Part shown: one piece after another, positions 46,132 to 56,156 of the stretch
Numbering within the stretch: position 1 is the first letter of the stretch
How the letters are laid out: each line of letters opens with the position of its first letter
Assembly (NCBI GenBank): GCA_963737265.1
Contig: CAVTRY010000014.1
Location: 192,001 to 256,000, forward strand
Source of the DNA: an uncultured delta proteobacterium
Lineage (GTDB): Bacteria > Myxococcota_A > Polyangia > Fen-1088
Length of the DNA stretch: 64,000 nucleotides
Reading direction: 5' to 3'
Notes under the pieces: model-generated
The model's database searches: none
What the model saw: only the letters and a program-made list of their open reading frames with translations
Told to the model about the DNA's origin: nothing
Program-made: the position numbers and the translations under genes

Positions 46132-46969
46132 TTAGGCGGCCTCTTTCATCGCCGACTTCTTTAGTTCGAATTCGTAAAACGCTACGGGTGTCTGAAATCC
46201 AAGGGTTTGGTGAGGCCGCCTGTGGTTGTACTTGTCCAGGTAGATCGCGATGCCACTGCGGGCGTCGGCCACGTCTCGGTAGTCGTTCAAGTAGACCTCC
46301 TCGCATTTGACAGACCGCCATAGACGCTCGAACGAAGATGTTGTCCATGAATCGGCCGCGACCGTCCATGCTGACCTTTACGCCCTTGTCCAGCAAAACC
46401 GATGTGAAGTTGTCGTCGGTAAACTGCGACCCCTGGTCGGTGTTGAAGATCTCCGGCAAGCCGAAGTTCGCAAGAGCTTCTTCCACGACCTCGATGCAAA
46501 AACGGCTGTCCATCGTGTTTGAAATGCGCCAGGACAGAACCCGGCGCGTGTACCAATCCATCACGGCGACCAGGTAGCAATGCCCCTGTCTCGTCGGGAT
46601 GTACGTGATATCCGAGGCCCACACCTGATTGGGCCGAATGATCGCGAGATGGCGCAGCAAGTACGGGAATTTCGTATGTTCCGGCGCGGGGACGGTCGTC
46701 CGTGGTTTGGGCGCCAGCGCTTCGATGCCCATGATTCGCATCAGTCTCTGCACCCGTTTGCGATTCACCGTCTGCCCCTGTGCCTTTAGCAACCGTGACA
46801 GCTTCCGGCTGCCGAATGCTGGCAATTCGAGATGCAGCTTGTCCAGCTCCTTGCAGATGGCCAGATCTTCCTCTGCCATCGGCATCGGCTCCCAGTAGAT
46901 GCCCGATCTCGCAAGATTCAGCAGCTCGCACTGCCGACGGACAGATAGGTCGTTGTGGGGCTCGATCAT
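46132..46969 (-). CDS. IS3 OrfB DDE transposase (one +1 indel at about 46331)
   Basis: NQVWASDITYI, FNTDQGSQFT, MDGRGRFMDNIF. Deleting one base restores FVERLWRSVKCEEVY...YNHRRPHQTL...MKEAA*. Confidence 0.9.
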
Positions 46970-46983
46970 GGCGCGCTTCTCCG

Positions 46984-47277
46984 TCAGCGAATGCGCGCGA
47001 GCCCGCGTGCTAAAAAATCATTCTCCAGCGTCAGCTGCCCCACCTTGCGCAGCAATTCCGATTCGCGTTCGGCGTTCGCCGATTCCTCTGCATTTGCATG
47101 GCCTGGTTCGAAAACCATGGCCAGCCGTGTGACGGCTTCCTTCTTCCACTTGTGAACCAGGTTCGGGTTGATCTTGTATCGGCGCCCGATCTCCACAACC
47201 GTTGCCTGCTCCCGCATGGCTTCGAGAGCTACCTGCGCCTTGAAGAGTGCTGTGTGCTTTTGGCGGTTCGTTTTCAT
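46984..47277 (-). CDS. IS3 OrfA (HTH)
   Basis: RQKHTALFKAQVALEA...KVGQLTLENDFL; T6 slippery run near the end. Confidence 0.92.
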   Translation of the reverse strand: MKTNRQKHTALFKAQVALEAMREQATVVEIGRRYKINPNLVHKWKKEAVTRLAMVFEPGHANAEESANAERESELLRKVGQLTLENDFLARGLARIR

Positions 47278-47462
47278 CGTGTCCTGCCTCGTTGTTGAGG
47301 CGGACTACACCTTAGCTCCTGGTCCCATTTTTGGGGTCCACTTCACACAGCCTTCAGTCGCGAGCCGGTCGCCGAGCTAACGGATGGGGCTTCCTTTAGC
47401 GTCTACGCAACGGCTGCGCAGGTGAAACGAGCAGCGCGCGGCGTACCTACCAGCGTCTGGAT

Positions 47463-47561
47463 AGAAGGACCTCGGAGGCAATAGATCAGCGTGCCATCAA
47501 ATCCTGCCAGAAGTCCGAAAGACGCCAAATTTCGGCTATTGCAGCTCCGCGATTGACCTCG
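47463..47561. repeat. 99-bp direct repeat, copy 2 (includes the stop codon of the hydrolase gene)
   Basis: 97/99 identical to 43905-44003. Confidence 0.9.
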
Positions 47562-48682
47562 GCGTGCGTGATGAGGCGGCTGGCGAGGGCGCGCACGCGT
47601 GTCGTCTGTCGCAATCGCTGCGCAAGAAACAAGGTCTCGGACGCAGGCACGACGGAATCGTCGGCGCCGTGTAGAAGAAAGACCGCAGTCGACGGCGCGG
47701 GAGAGCGGGCGGGCGAAAGGGCAGGAGGCAGATCGATGCTCGCGAGCCAAGGCGCGATGGTCTCGCCCAGCTTTTCCACGTTCCGCTGGTTCACGTACGT
47801 CATCAGGCTTCGTGCGGGGTCTGGCAAGGCGTCGCCTAGATCGCGCGCCCGCGCGAAGACTGATTTGGCCTTGGCGGGGTCCAGTCGGTCGATGCTGGAG
47901 GCCTGCAAGAAGGCGGTGATGGCCTGCTGGAGCGGAGCTACTTGCGCATCGGGCACGGCTCGCTCGGCCAAGTTCAACAGCGTGACCACGGCGCCGTAGT
48001 CGTGCGGTTTTGGAATAGTAATGTTTTCGCCGCCGGTGGCGAGGGCTCGTGCTTCGGCGGCCGAGGGCAGCGCGTCCGTGCTTCCCTGGCAGAGATAGCG
48101 AAGCACACGACCGAGGTCATCGTGGCCGCCGAAGGAAAGCACGAAGGCGACGCGGTCGCGCACGGCAGGTCGGCCGGCAGCGACGAGCGCGAGCCCACCC
48201 GAGAAGCTGATTCCCATGAGCCCGACGCGGCCGTCGGGTGCGAGGTCGGGCCGCGCCGAGGCCCAGGCGACGGCGTCCTCCAGCATGTCCGTGCTGTCAG
48301 GTGTGATGCGATAGCTGGCCAGATCCGGCGGTGCCACGGTGAGGACCTGCATCCCCGACGCCGCGAGCTCCCTGGCTAGGCCCACCAGGCGCTCTTCGTT
48401 GATGCCGTCCATGTGAACGCCCGGGACCAAAATCGCCGTTCGTCGCGCCCGCCTCTCCGGTCGGTAGAGGCGCGTTGGCATCGGCCCGTGGCGAGTAGAA
48501 ATGGAAAGGATGGGGCCTTCGTGGACCTTCTCGGCGGCCAGACGGGCCAGGCGCGCCCACGGCCCCTCCTGCTTGGCCACCCGCACGATGAGCGCCAGTG
48601 CCGCCAGTCTGGGAAGGAAATGCCACACCATCAGTCCGGCAGCTAACGCGATGGGAAGAACGATGTACGCGACTCTTCGCAT
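47486..48682 (-). CDS. Membrane-anchored alpha/beta hydrolase
   Basis: N-terminal TM helix; GLMGISFSGG nucleophile elbow, LLHGADDSVVP, ITHAE. Confidence 0.8.
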   Translation of the reverse strand: MRRVAYIVLPIALAAGLMVWHFLPRLAALALIVRVAKQEGPWARLARLAAEKVHEGPILSISTRHGPMPTRLYRPERRARRTAILVPGVHMDGINEERLVGLARELAASGMQVLTVAPPDLASYRITPDSTDMLEDAVAWASARPDLAPDGRVGLMGISFSGGLALVAAGRPAVRDRVAFVLSFGGHDDLGRVLRYLCQGSTDALPSAAEARALATGGENITIPKPHDYGAVVTLLNLAERAVPDAQVAPLQQAITAFLQASSIDRLDPAKAKSVFARARDLGDALPDPARSLMTYVNQRNVEKLGETIAPWLASIDLPPALSPARSPAPSTAVFLLHGADDSVVPASETLFLAQRLRQTTRVRALASRLITHAEVNRGAAIAEIWRLSDFWQDLMAR

Positions 48683-48752
48683 GGATGGGAACCATATTGC
48701 CTAATCTGGCTTCCTGCCCAAAGCCAGAACCTGTGACCCGAGAAAGGTCAGG

Positions 48753-49484
48753 TCAGTCGCGTCGCCGGTTGCCGAAGATGCGCAGAAGCATGAGGAACAG
48801 ATTGATGAAGTCGAGATAGAGAATGAGCGCGCCTTGCAAGGCCAGCTTAGTTCGGTTGTCGCCTGCTTCGACGTTCGCGCCTAGCTGTTTCAATTTTGCG
48901 GTGTCGTAGACGGTGAGGCCAGTAAAGACGATGACACCGGCGAAGGTGGTCAGCCAGTACAGCATGGGGCTGCCGAGGAAGATGTTGACGATGGAGCCGA
49001 GGATCATGCCCCACAGGCCCATGATGCAGAAGCTACCGACACTGGTGAGGTCGCGCTTGGTGACCGCGCCGTAGGCCGACAGGCCGGCGAACATGCCGCC
49101 CGTCACGACGAAGGTACCGCCGATCGATCCCATGGTGTAGCGCAGGAAGATGACCGAAAAGGTGACTCCGCTGAGGGCCGCATAACCGAAGAACATCATG
49201 GCCGCGGTGCCGGCGCTGACCCGGGCAGCGACGGGCGCGAAGGCCACGACCAAAACCAACTCCGCGATCATGAGGCCGATGAACACCAGTGGGTTGCCAA
49301 ACACGAAGCTGAGCGCCGCCGGGCTGGAAACCATGGCCAGCGCCACCAGGCCCGTGGTGGCAAGCCCGAAGCTCATGAACATATGCACGCGCTGTAGGAA
49401 CGCCCGCGCCGCTTCGTCGCTACGCGTGCCGATCCCGGCGGTGACGAATTGCGCTCTCGTCTGATTCTGTCCGATCCATGCCAT
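48753..49484 (-). CDS. Bax inhibitor-1/YccA family membrane protein
   Basis: 7 TM helices; TKRDLT, YDTAKLK, GALILYLDFINLFL. Confidence 0.94.
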   Translation of the reverse strand: MAWIGQNQTRAQFVTAGIGTRSDEAARAFLQRVHMFMSFGLATTGLVALAMVSSPAALSFVFGNPLVFIGLMIAELVLVVAFAPVAARVSAGTAAMMFFGYAALSGVTFSVIFLRYTMGSIGGTFVVTGGMFAGLSAYGAVTKRDLTSVGSFCIMGLWGMILGSIVNIFLGSPMLYWLTTFAGVIVFTGLTVYDTAKLKQLGANVEAGDNRTKLALQGALILYLDFINLFLMLLRIFGNRRRD

Positions 49485-49541
49485 GGCTCCTATCTACCAC
49501 AGGAGCGCCTCGGCGCACGTCGCGGCGAGCCGGGACAGTAT

Positions 49542-49889
49542 CTAGGCGGCACGCATGAACGCACCCGAGATGTCGTCGACGAACCCGTGGAACGAGGGGT
49601 TCGCGCGTTCCAGCTTCAGCGCGAAGCCCTGCTCGTCGGTGCGCACCACGCGGCCACACGCCGTGCAAACCGAGCGTTCCGCCATGACGAAGCCAAAGGC
49701 GACGTATTGGCCGACGCGCGGACGGCGCCCCGAAGGTCTGAAGTGGTTGAAGTAGCTGCCGCCGGCCGAGACATCGACGAGCTCCAACGTCAAGGAGCGA
49801 GGTTCGCCGGCGAGATGTACGCGGACGGGGACGCCCAAGAAAATGCGAGGATAGCGCCGCCTCTCCGTCGGCGACGCGTGCGCGTTCAT
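49542..49889 (-). CDS. Stand-alone PilZ-domain protein
   Basis: ERRRYPR (RxxxR) and DVSAGG (DxSxxG) c-di-GMP-binding motifs; GRVVR. Confidence 0.85.
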   Translation of the reverse strand: MNAHASPTERRRYPRIFLGVPVRVHLAGEPRSLTLELVDVSAGGSYFNHFRPSGRRPRVGQYVAFGFVMAERSVCTACGRVVRTDEQGFALKLERANPSFHGFVDDISGAFMRAA

Positions 49890-50004
49890 GGCTTGGCTCC
49901 AGCTTGGTCCATAGTTCTTAGAATCGCCTTTATGATTTCAGTTAGCCTGTTTGCATCGGACCTTTGCTGCGGATCTTGAGGGCCTTGTGCCATAGTTCCT
50001 GCCA

Positions 50005-51060
50005 ATGACAGGTTTGCTTCTGTGCAATCTCGGAACGCCGAGCGATCCCAGTCCGGCGTCGGTGCGTCGCTACCTGCGCCAGTTTCTCGCCGATCCGCGC
50101 GTCTTGGATATCAATCCGGTCGGCCGCTGGGGACTGCTGAACCTGATCATACTGCCCCTGCGTCCGCGCAGAAGCGCCGCCGCGTACAAGAAAATCTGGA
50201 CCGAGCGCGGATCGCCCCTGCTGTGGAATAGCGAGGATCTGGTCCTCGCCGTGCGCGAGCGGCTCGGTCCAAGCTGGGCCGTGGAACTGGCCATGCGCTA
50301 CCAGCAACCGTCGATTGCGTCGGCGCTGGAGAAGCTGCGCAACGCCGGAGCCGATCGCGTGGTGGTCTTTCCCCTCTATCCACAGTACGCGGCATCGTCC
50401 ACCGGCTCGACCGTCGAGGAGGTATTTCGTGTCGTGGCCCCGGCGTGGGTGCCGCCGACGCTGACCTTTGTCGGGCCCTTTTATGACGACCCAGGGTTCA
50501 TCGACGCCTTTGCCACCCAGGGCGAGCCGATTCTGCGGTCCGAGAAACCCGATCACGTGCTGATGAGCTTCCACGGTCTGCCGGAGCGGCACATGCGCAA
50601 AACCGATGCGACCGGGCGCCATTGCCTGGCGGCACCGGACTGTTGCGAGCGCATCGTGCCGGCCAACCGCCACTGCTATCGGGCACAGTGCTTTGCCACC
50701 GCGCGCGCGCTGGCGGCGCGGCTGGCGCTGCCGGCGGGAAGCTGGAGCGTGAGCTTTCAGTCGCGCTTGGGGCGCACACCGTGGATTCATCCCTACACGG
50801 ATCGCGTAATCCTGGAATTGGCCGCACAAGGGAAAAAGCGGCTGGTGGTGTTCTCGCCCGCCTTCGTCGCCGACTGCTTGGAGACGCTGGAGGAGATTGG
50901 CATGCGCGCCCGGCATGACTTCATCGCCACCGGCGGCGAGCGCTTGACGCTGGTGCCATCGCTCAACGCAAGCCCCACCTGGGCGGACGCGGTCGTGCGC
51001 TTGGTTCGCCGTCACGTTCCGCGGGAAGACCCAAGTGCGGGTTCGACGACTCATCCGTGA
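50005..51060 (+). CDS. hemH: Ferrochelatase
   Basis: LCNLGTP, YLRQFLAD, GSPL, AMRY, PLYPQY, SFHGLP, FQSRLG, FVADCLETLEE. Confidence 0.96.
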   Translation: MTGLLLCNLGTPSDPSPASVRRYLRQFLADPRVLDINPVGRWGLLNLIILPLRPRRSAAAYKKIWTERGSPLLWNSEDLVLAVRERLGPSWAVELAMRYQQPSIASALEKLRNAGADRVVVFPLYPQYAASSTGSTVEEVFRVVAPAWVPPTLTFVGPFYDDPGFIDAFATQGEPILRSEKPDHVLMSFHGLPERHMRKTDATGRHCLAAPDCCERIVPANRHCYRAQCFATARALAARLALPAGSWSVSFQSRLGRTPWIHPYTDRVILELAAQGKKRLVVFSPAFVADCLETLEEIGMRARHDFIATGGERLTLVPSLNASPTWADAVVRLVRRHVPREDPSAGSTTHP

Positions 51061-51135
51061 TTTGCGGCTTCAGGATGTTGGCGCGTAGGTATTCTCCTCT
51101 CGAAGACACAGAACTTTCTAGCTAGACACAGGTTC

Positions 51136-52074
51136 ATGGCCACAACAAACACGACACCACGCGCAGGCATCGACGAGCTGACGCACTCCCTGCTAGCATC
51201 GTACCGGGCCATCGGCGGCATCAACCATGTCGACGGCAAGAGCTTGCCCTCCAAGGCGGCCATCGCGGGTGTCATCCAGAGCATTCTTCGCCTGCTTTTT
51301 CCAGGTTTTCTCGGGGATCACCTCATGCGCTCCGGCGCGCTCGAAGTCGAGACTCGGGCACTCCTGGCATCCGTCCAATGCGCGCTCGAACGCGAGATCC
51401 GCCATAGCTTTGAGTACGCGCCGCCCGATGGAGCTGCACGCGAAGAGCTCGGGCGGCTGGCCGAGGATGTAACTGCTGCTAGTCTCGCCGAGCTGTTCCA
51501 AGTTCGAGAGCTCTTGCAGACTGATGCGGAGGCCGCGTTCGCAGGAGATCCGGCGGCGCTGAGCACCGATGAGATCATTGTTGCTTACCCCTTCATCGAA
51601 GCCATCGCGGTCCAGCGCTTCGCCCACGAGCTCTATCGGCGCCAGGTCCCGCTCATTCCACGCATCATGACTGAATGGGCTCATTCGCGCACGGGGCTCG
51701 ATATTCATCCCGGCGCCGAGATCGGTTCCCACTTTTTCGTGGACCACTGCACCGGCACCGTCATCGGGGAGACCGCGCTCATCGGCAGCCACGTCAAGAT
51801 GTACCAGGGGGTTGGTCTGGTGGCGCGATCGTTGTCGGGCGGACAAGCCCTGCGCGGCAAGAAGCGCCATCCCACCATCGGTGACCGGGTCACCATCTAT
51901 GCCAATGCAACCATCGTGGGTGGCGAAACGGTGGTGGGCTCGGGCAGTACCATCGGCGCCAACGTCTTTCTCATGCAGTCCATTCCACCGGACTCGCTGG
52001 TGGTTTACGAACCGAGCGGCATTCGCATGACATCGAAGGTGCGCACGGAAGCGCCGCTCGATTTCCAGATCTAG
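51136..52074 (+). CDS. cysE: Serine O-acetyltransferase
   Basis: GDPAA, TGLDIHPGAEIG, DHCTGTVIGET, KRHPTIGD. Confidence 0.92.
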   Translation: MATTNTTPRAGIDELTHSLLASYRAIGGINHVDGKSLPSKAAIAGVIQSILRLLFPGFLGDHLMRSGALEVETRALLASVQCALEREIRHSFEYAPPDGAAREELGRLAEDVTAASLAELFQVRELLQTDAEAAFAGDPAALSTDEIIVAYPFIEAIAVQRFAHELYRRQVPLIPRIMTEWAHSRTGLDIHPGAEIGSHFFVDHCTGTVIGETALIGSHVKMYQGVGLVARSLSGGQALRGKKRHPTIGDRVTIYANATIVGGETVVGSGSTIGANVFLMQSIPPDSLVVYEPSGIRMTSKVRTEAPLDFQI

Positions 52075-52174
52075 GACATCAGCCAGCCCGGCCGTCGTCT
52101 TAGCCGAACCTGCGGTATACTATCTTTGAGGTGCGCGCCGCGGTCTTTGCAGCGCGGTTGAAAGAGGGTTTCAC

Positions 52175-53338
52175 ATGAGCAAGGCGATCACGCTTCGACT
52201 GGGAATCCTGGTGGGCATGCTGGTGGTCGTCGCCGACTGCGGCGGGAAAGCGCCGGACTCCTCGGTTGGCGGGGCGGAATCCACCGGCGGCGTGCAAGCT
52301 GCCGGCGGTGCTCGGGCGACAGGTGGCGCGCAAGCTCCGGGTGGTGTTCGGGCGACGGGTGGCATGCAGGCCGCGGGCGGTGCTCCGTCCGCGGGGGGCG
52401 CCGCTGGTTCGTCGACCGTAGCGGGATCGTCCGATGCAGCGGCCGCGACGGGCGGCGCCGGCGCGGTCGCAGACGCGGGTTCCACGTCCGCCGACCTGGC
52501 GGCGCCGGTCAGTTGCCCAGCGCCGCCCGCGGGCGCCTCGGCCGATGCCGTCACCGCGCTCAATGCCGAGAACGCCGCGCGCGTGGCCATGGGTATTCCT
52601 TGCGCCTCGTTGGTGCTGACCTTGTGCATATCGGCGCAAAATCACTGCGACTACTACACGACCAACCAAGGCAGTGCGACCTGTCAGGCCGCCAGTGCAC
52701 ACAATGAGGTCGCCGGCTGTCCGCAATTCACCGGCGCGGATCCCGGCGCTCGCATCAAGGCCGCCGGGTACGTTGGCAACGGCTGGAGCGAGTGCATGGC
52801 GTTCCTTGGCGATCCCGCGGGCGCGGTCCGGACCTTCATCGACTCGGTCTATCACCGCACCGCGGTTCTTTCGCCCTGGTACCGCGACATGGGCTACGGC
52901 GGCGGAGTCGGCTGCGACACTATCGATTTCGGCCCGGGCGCCGCGACGGCGAAGACCGTGACCGCGTTCTACCCCTACGACGGTCAGATCGGAGTGCCGC
53001 TTTCCTTCAACGGCGCGCAGGAGGGCCCAACCCCGCCTGTGCCTTCGACCGGTTGGCCGAGCGGCTATCCCATCACGCTCTACGGTCAGGGGATTACCGT
53101 CAGCGCGCACCAGATCGTCGTGGACGGCACAACCACGCCGCTTGCCCATCTTTGGTTGGACGGCGACGCCACGCTTGGCCCGACCGCGAAGGTGCTCTAC
53201 ACCGAGGCACCGCTGAGCGCGAACACGACCTACCGGGTGACCATCGACGGAACCACCTCGGCGGGCAGCGTCCACTTCGATTGGACGTTTACGACCGGGG
53301 CCGCGCCGACCAAGCCAGGCAACGGTCGGCGCGGGTAG
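52175..53338 (+). CDS. CAP (SCP-like) domain lipoprotein with Gly-rich linker
   Basis: Signal peptide ending at Cys; TGGxQAxGG repeats; SAQNHCDY, RIKAAGY, SVYHR..LSP; C-terminal Ig-like GYPITL...WTFTT. Confidence 0.78.
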   Translation: MSKAITLRLGILVGMLVVVADCGGKAPDSSVGGAESTGGVQAAGGARATGGAQAPGGVRATGGMQAAGGAPSAGGAAGSSTVAGSSDAAAATGGAGAVADAGSTSADLAAPVSCPAPPAGASADAVTALNAENAARVAMGIPCASLVLTLCISAQNHCDYYTTNQGSATCQAASAHNEVAGCPQFTGADPGARIKAAGYVGNGWSECMAFLGDPAGAVRTFIDSVYHRTAVLSPWYRDMGYGGGVGCDTIDFGPGAATAKTVTAFYPYDGQIGVPLSFNGAQEGPTPPVPSTGWPSGYPITLYGQGITVSAHQIVVDGTTTPLAHLWLDGDATLGPTAKVLYTEAPLSANTTYRVTIDGTTSAGSVHFDWTFTTGAAPTKPGNGRRG

Positions 53339-53643
53339 GCCGGGGCTCGGGTCGGTCGCCCTTTGTCGGTCTGGTCAGGCACGAAATGGGTGCCCCTTAG
53401 TCGCTTCGTCAGTGTGCGCGGAATTCCGGCTGCATGGTGGCTGTAAAACCGGGAGCGCGAAGCAGGAGATTTCGACGTCGAAAAGTGACGCCGCCGAGGT
53501 CCATGATTTCACAGATGTTAGGTGACAGGCTAACGCTATGCCATCATGCTGTGGCGTCTTGTCGATCGGGATGTTGCTCACGCCGGCGCCCGCCCGATGC
53601 CCCTGAGCGTCAACGCGCACCCATGACCCGCGCGCTGTGAGCT

Positions 53644-54930
53644 CTACTCACCCAGCGCGCGGGCCAGGCTCATGCGCGCAAGCGCGTATTCGTAGCGGGC
53701 GCGCGCGAAGTTGAGGCGGGCCTGAGTAAGCGCTGACTGCGCGTCGAGAAGGTCGGTGGTGTTGGCGCTGCCGGCGGCGAGCAGGACGGTGGTCACGCGG
53801 TAGGCTTCTTCGGCGCTGCCAATGGCGGTGCGGCCGGTTTCAAGCGCGCTGGCGGTCGCGCGCACGTTGGCGAGCTTGGCGGCGACATCCATCTCGACAT
53901 GGCGGCGGGCATCGTCGGCCTGCTCGCTCGCGGCGACGGCTTGCCCCTCGGCGGCGCGGTGTTGGTACCAGCGCGCGCCCCAGTCCCAGATTTGCCAGCC
54001 CGCCTTGAGGCCGATGAATACCGCGTCGGTCTTCGCCAGCGGCTGCCCAGTCATGTGCATGTAACCAGCTTCGAGATCGACGTCGGGCAATAGATCGTAG
54101 GAGCGGGCGCGCGAGCTGGCGACGGCTGCTTCCGCCGAAAGGGTTGCGCTGCGAATCTCACTGCGTTGGTGGAGTGCCTTGGAGACGAGCTGCGCCAAAT
54201 TGCTCTCGGTGCTGTCGGCGGACTCTGGCGTAACTGGCTCAACAAAGGCCACGGCTTCGTCTTGGGGCCCGCGACCAAGTGCGATGAGCAGGCTCGCGCG
54301 CGACACCTGCTCGGCTGCCGAGGCTTGAATCTCTTGTTGTTTGGCATTGGCCGCGGCCACGTCGAGACGCAAAACATCCGCCGGTGTGAGCACACCCGCA
54401 GCAAGCTTTTCTTTCGCAACCTGCAACTGTTCGACCAACTGTACTTGCGAAGCACGCGCGACTCCGGCCAGTGCTCGCGCCTCGAACATGCGCAGGAACT
54501 GTGTTCGCACGTCGTCTCGCAGGTTGGCCTCTTGGGTTTGCACGTCGAAGGCCGCTGCTTCGGCTGAATTTGACAGGGCGTTGTGATCGGACGACAGGTG
54601 CAGAAGACCGAGCAGGGGTTGTCCCAGAGCAGCGACGAACGTGTTGGTGGTCAGATCTCGTGCGAGAAACGACACCGATCCGGTGGGAAGATCAAGCTTC
54701 GGATAGAATTGTGAATCCCACCTCTGCCACTCATCCGAAAGATTCACCGACGGTAAGAGCCGGCCGCGCACACTCTTGGCCTGATCTTCGCTGGCGCTGG
54801 CGCGCGCGCGGGCGGCCTTGAGCGCGCTGCTCGATTCCACCGCCAGCCGCACCACCTCGTCCATGGTCAGGCGCGCGGGCGCATCGGCTGTTTCAAAGGC
54901 CAGCAGGGCCAGCACGGCGAACACGGACAT
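53644..54930 (-). CDS. TolC-family outer-membrane efflux protein
   Basis: Signal peptide; LLPSVNL, WQIWDWG, TDLLDAQ; last gene of the efflux operon. Confidence 0.9.
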   Translation of the reverse strand: MSVFAVLALLAFETADAPARLTMDEVVRLAVESSSALKAARARASASEDQAKSVRGRLLPSVNLSDEWQRWDSQFYPKLDLPTGSVSFLARDLTTNTFVAALGQPLLGLLHLSSDHNALSNSAEAAAFDVQTQEANLRDDVRTQFLRMFEARALAGVARASQVQLVEQLQVAKEKLAAGVLTPADVLRLDVAAANAKQQEIQASAAEQVSRASLLIALGRGPQDEAVAFVEPVTPESADSTESNLAQLVSKALHQRSEIRSATLSAEAAVASSRARSYDLLPDVDLEAGYMHMTGQPLAKTDAVFIGLKAGWQIWDWGARWYQHRAAEGQAVAASEQADDARRHVEMDVAAKLANVRATASALETGRTAIGSAEEAYRVTTVLLAAGSANTTDLLDAQSALTQARLNFARARYEYALARMSLARALGE

Positions 54931-54932
54931 AC

Positions 54933-56153
54933 CTAGTTCTCCTTGCGCACGTAGACCGTGACGTCGGTGGAAAGACCCGCTTGCAGCGGAAGGTCTGGAC
55001 GCGAGGTCCACGCGATACGCACGGGCACGCGCTGCACGACCTTGACGAAGTTGCCCGAGGCATTGTCGGGCGGAAGCAGAGAAAAACGCGCGCCGGTGCC
55101 GCCGGCCACGCTCTCGACCTTGCCTTCGATCTCGACGCCAGGGAAGGCATCGATGCGCATGCGCGCGGCCTGGCCGGGGCGCAATCGGCCCACCTGGGTT
55201 TCCTTGAAATTCGCGACGACGTAGGTGCGATCCGGCACCAGCTCGGCAAGCGGCTGGCCGATTTGGATCATCTGGCCTGGCTGCACGGACAGTCTCGTCA
55301 CCAGCCCATCTTCCGAGGCCACCACCTTGGTGTAGCCCAGTTGCAATTTGGACAATTCCAACGCGGCCTCGGCCACCTTGATGCGTGCGTGGGCCAGCTC
55401 GGCGTTGGCTTGCGCGGCGGCGATCTGCGCCGCGATGGGCGTACTCTGATCCAGCCGGCCGCGCGCTTCGTCGACGCGCGTGCTGGCCAGACGGCGCATC
55501 TCCGCCGCGGCTTCGACCTGCGCCTGGGCCTGGGCCAGCGCCGCCTGGGATGCGTCGTAGGCGACCTGGGCATTGTCCAGGCGCTCGCGCGGCAAGGCAT
55601 TGCCGGCCACGAGTTGCTTGGTTCGTTGCAAATCCAGCTCACCCTTGTGCGCTTCGGCCTTCGAGCGTTCGAGCCCGGCACGCGCGGCCGCGAGCTGGGC
55701 AGCGGCGTTGGCCACCCCCATCGACGATCCCGAAAAACTCGCTCGCGCCGTCTGCAACCCACCCTTGGCGCTGGCATCGACGACGTGGACCTGGGCATCG
55801 GCCGCCGCGGCCTGGGCACGCGCGGTTTCGAGTTCCGCCTCGGCCTGTTTGGTGCGCGCGGCGAAGTCCGCTTCGTCGATCTGAATGAGAACGTCGCCCT
55901 TCTTCACGCGCTGATTGTCTTCGACCAGGCGCTTGGCGATTTGGCCGTTCACCCGCGCGGCGATGGGGACGACGTCGGCCTCGACCTGCGCGTCGTCGGT
56001 GCTTTCCTGATTTGCGGTGACGAGCAGGTACACGCCGGTGACGATTCCGAACAGTACGACGAGGGCGCCAAGAATGAAAAATGGTTTCTTGTCGCGCCGG
56101 GGCGCTGGTGCCGCGCTTTCGAGCTTGGCGGCAGGGGCTGCGTTGGCTTCCAT
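54933..56153 (-). CDS. EmrA/HlyD-family periplasmic adaptor
   Basis: ESTDDAQV, VANFKETQ, FSLLPPDNASGNFVKVVQRVPVRI. Confidence 0.94.
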   Translation of the reverse strand: MEANAAPAAKLESAAPAPRRDKKPFFILGALVVLFGIVTGVYLLVTANQESTDDAQVEADVVPIAARVNGQIAKRLVEDNQRVKKGDVLIQIDEADFAARTKQAEAELETARAQAAAADAQVHVVDASAKGGLQTARASFSGSSMGVANAAAQLAAARAGLERSKAEAHKGELDLQRTKQLVAGNALPRERLDNAQVAYDASQAALAQAQAQVEAAAEMRRLASTRVDEARGRLDQSTPIAAQIAAAQANAELAHARIKVAEAALELSKLQLGYTKVVASEDGLVTRLSVQPGQMIQIGQPLAELVPDRTYVVANFKETQVGRLRPGQAARMRIDAFPGVEIEGKVESVAGGTGARFSLLPPDNASGNFVKVVQRVPVRIAWTSRPDLPLQAGLSTDVTVYVRKEN

Positions 56154-56156
56154 GAA

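Larger units (their letters stand above)
45909..47345 (-). mobile_element. IS3-family insertion sequence (1437 bp)
   Basis: TG...CA ends; TIR TGAAGTGGACCCC-n-GGACCAG at both ends; 3-bp TSD CAC (45906-45908, 47346-47348); orfA plus orfB. Confidence 0.95.

Noticed and set aside
53340-53640. Possible ncRNA or tRNA in a 300-bp intergenic gap
   Set aside because: No cloverleaf, riboswitch consensus or convincing long stem recognised.
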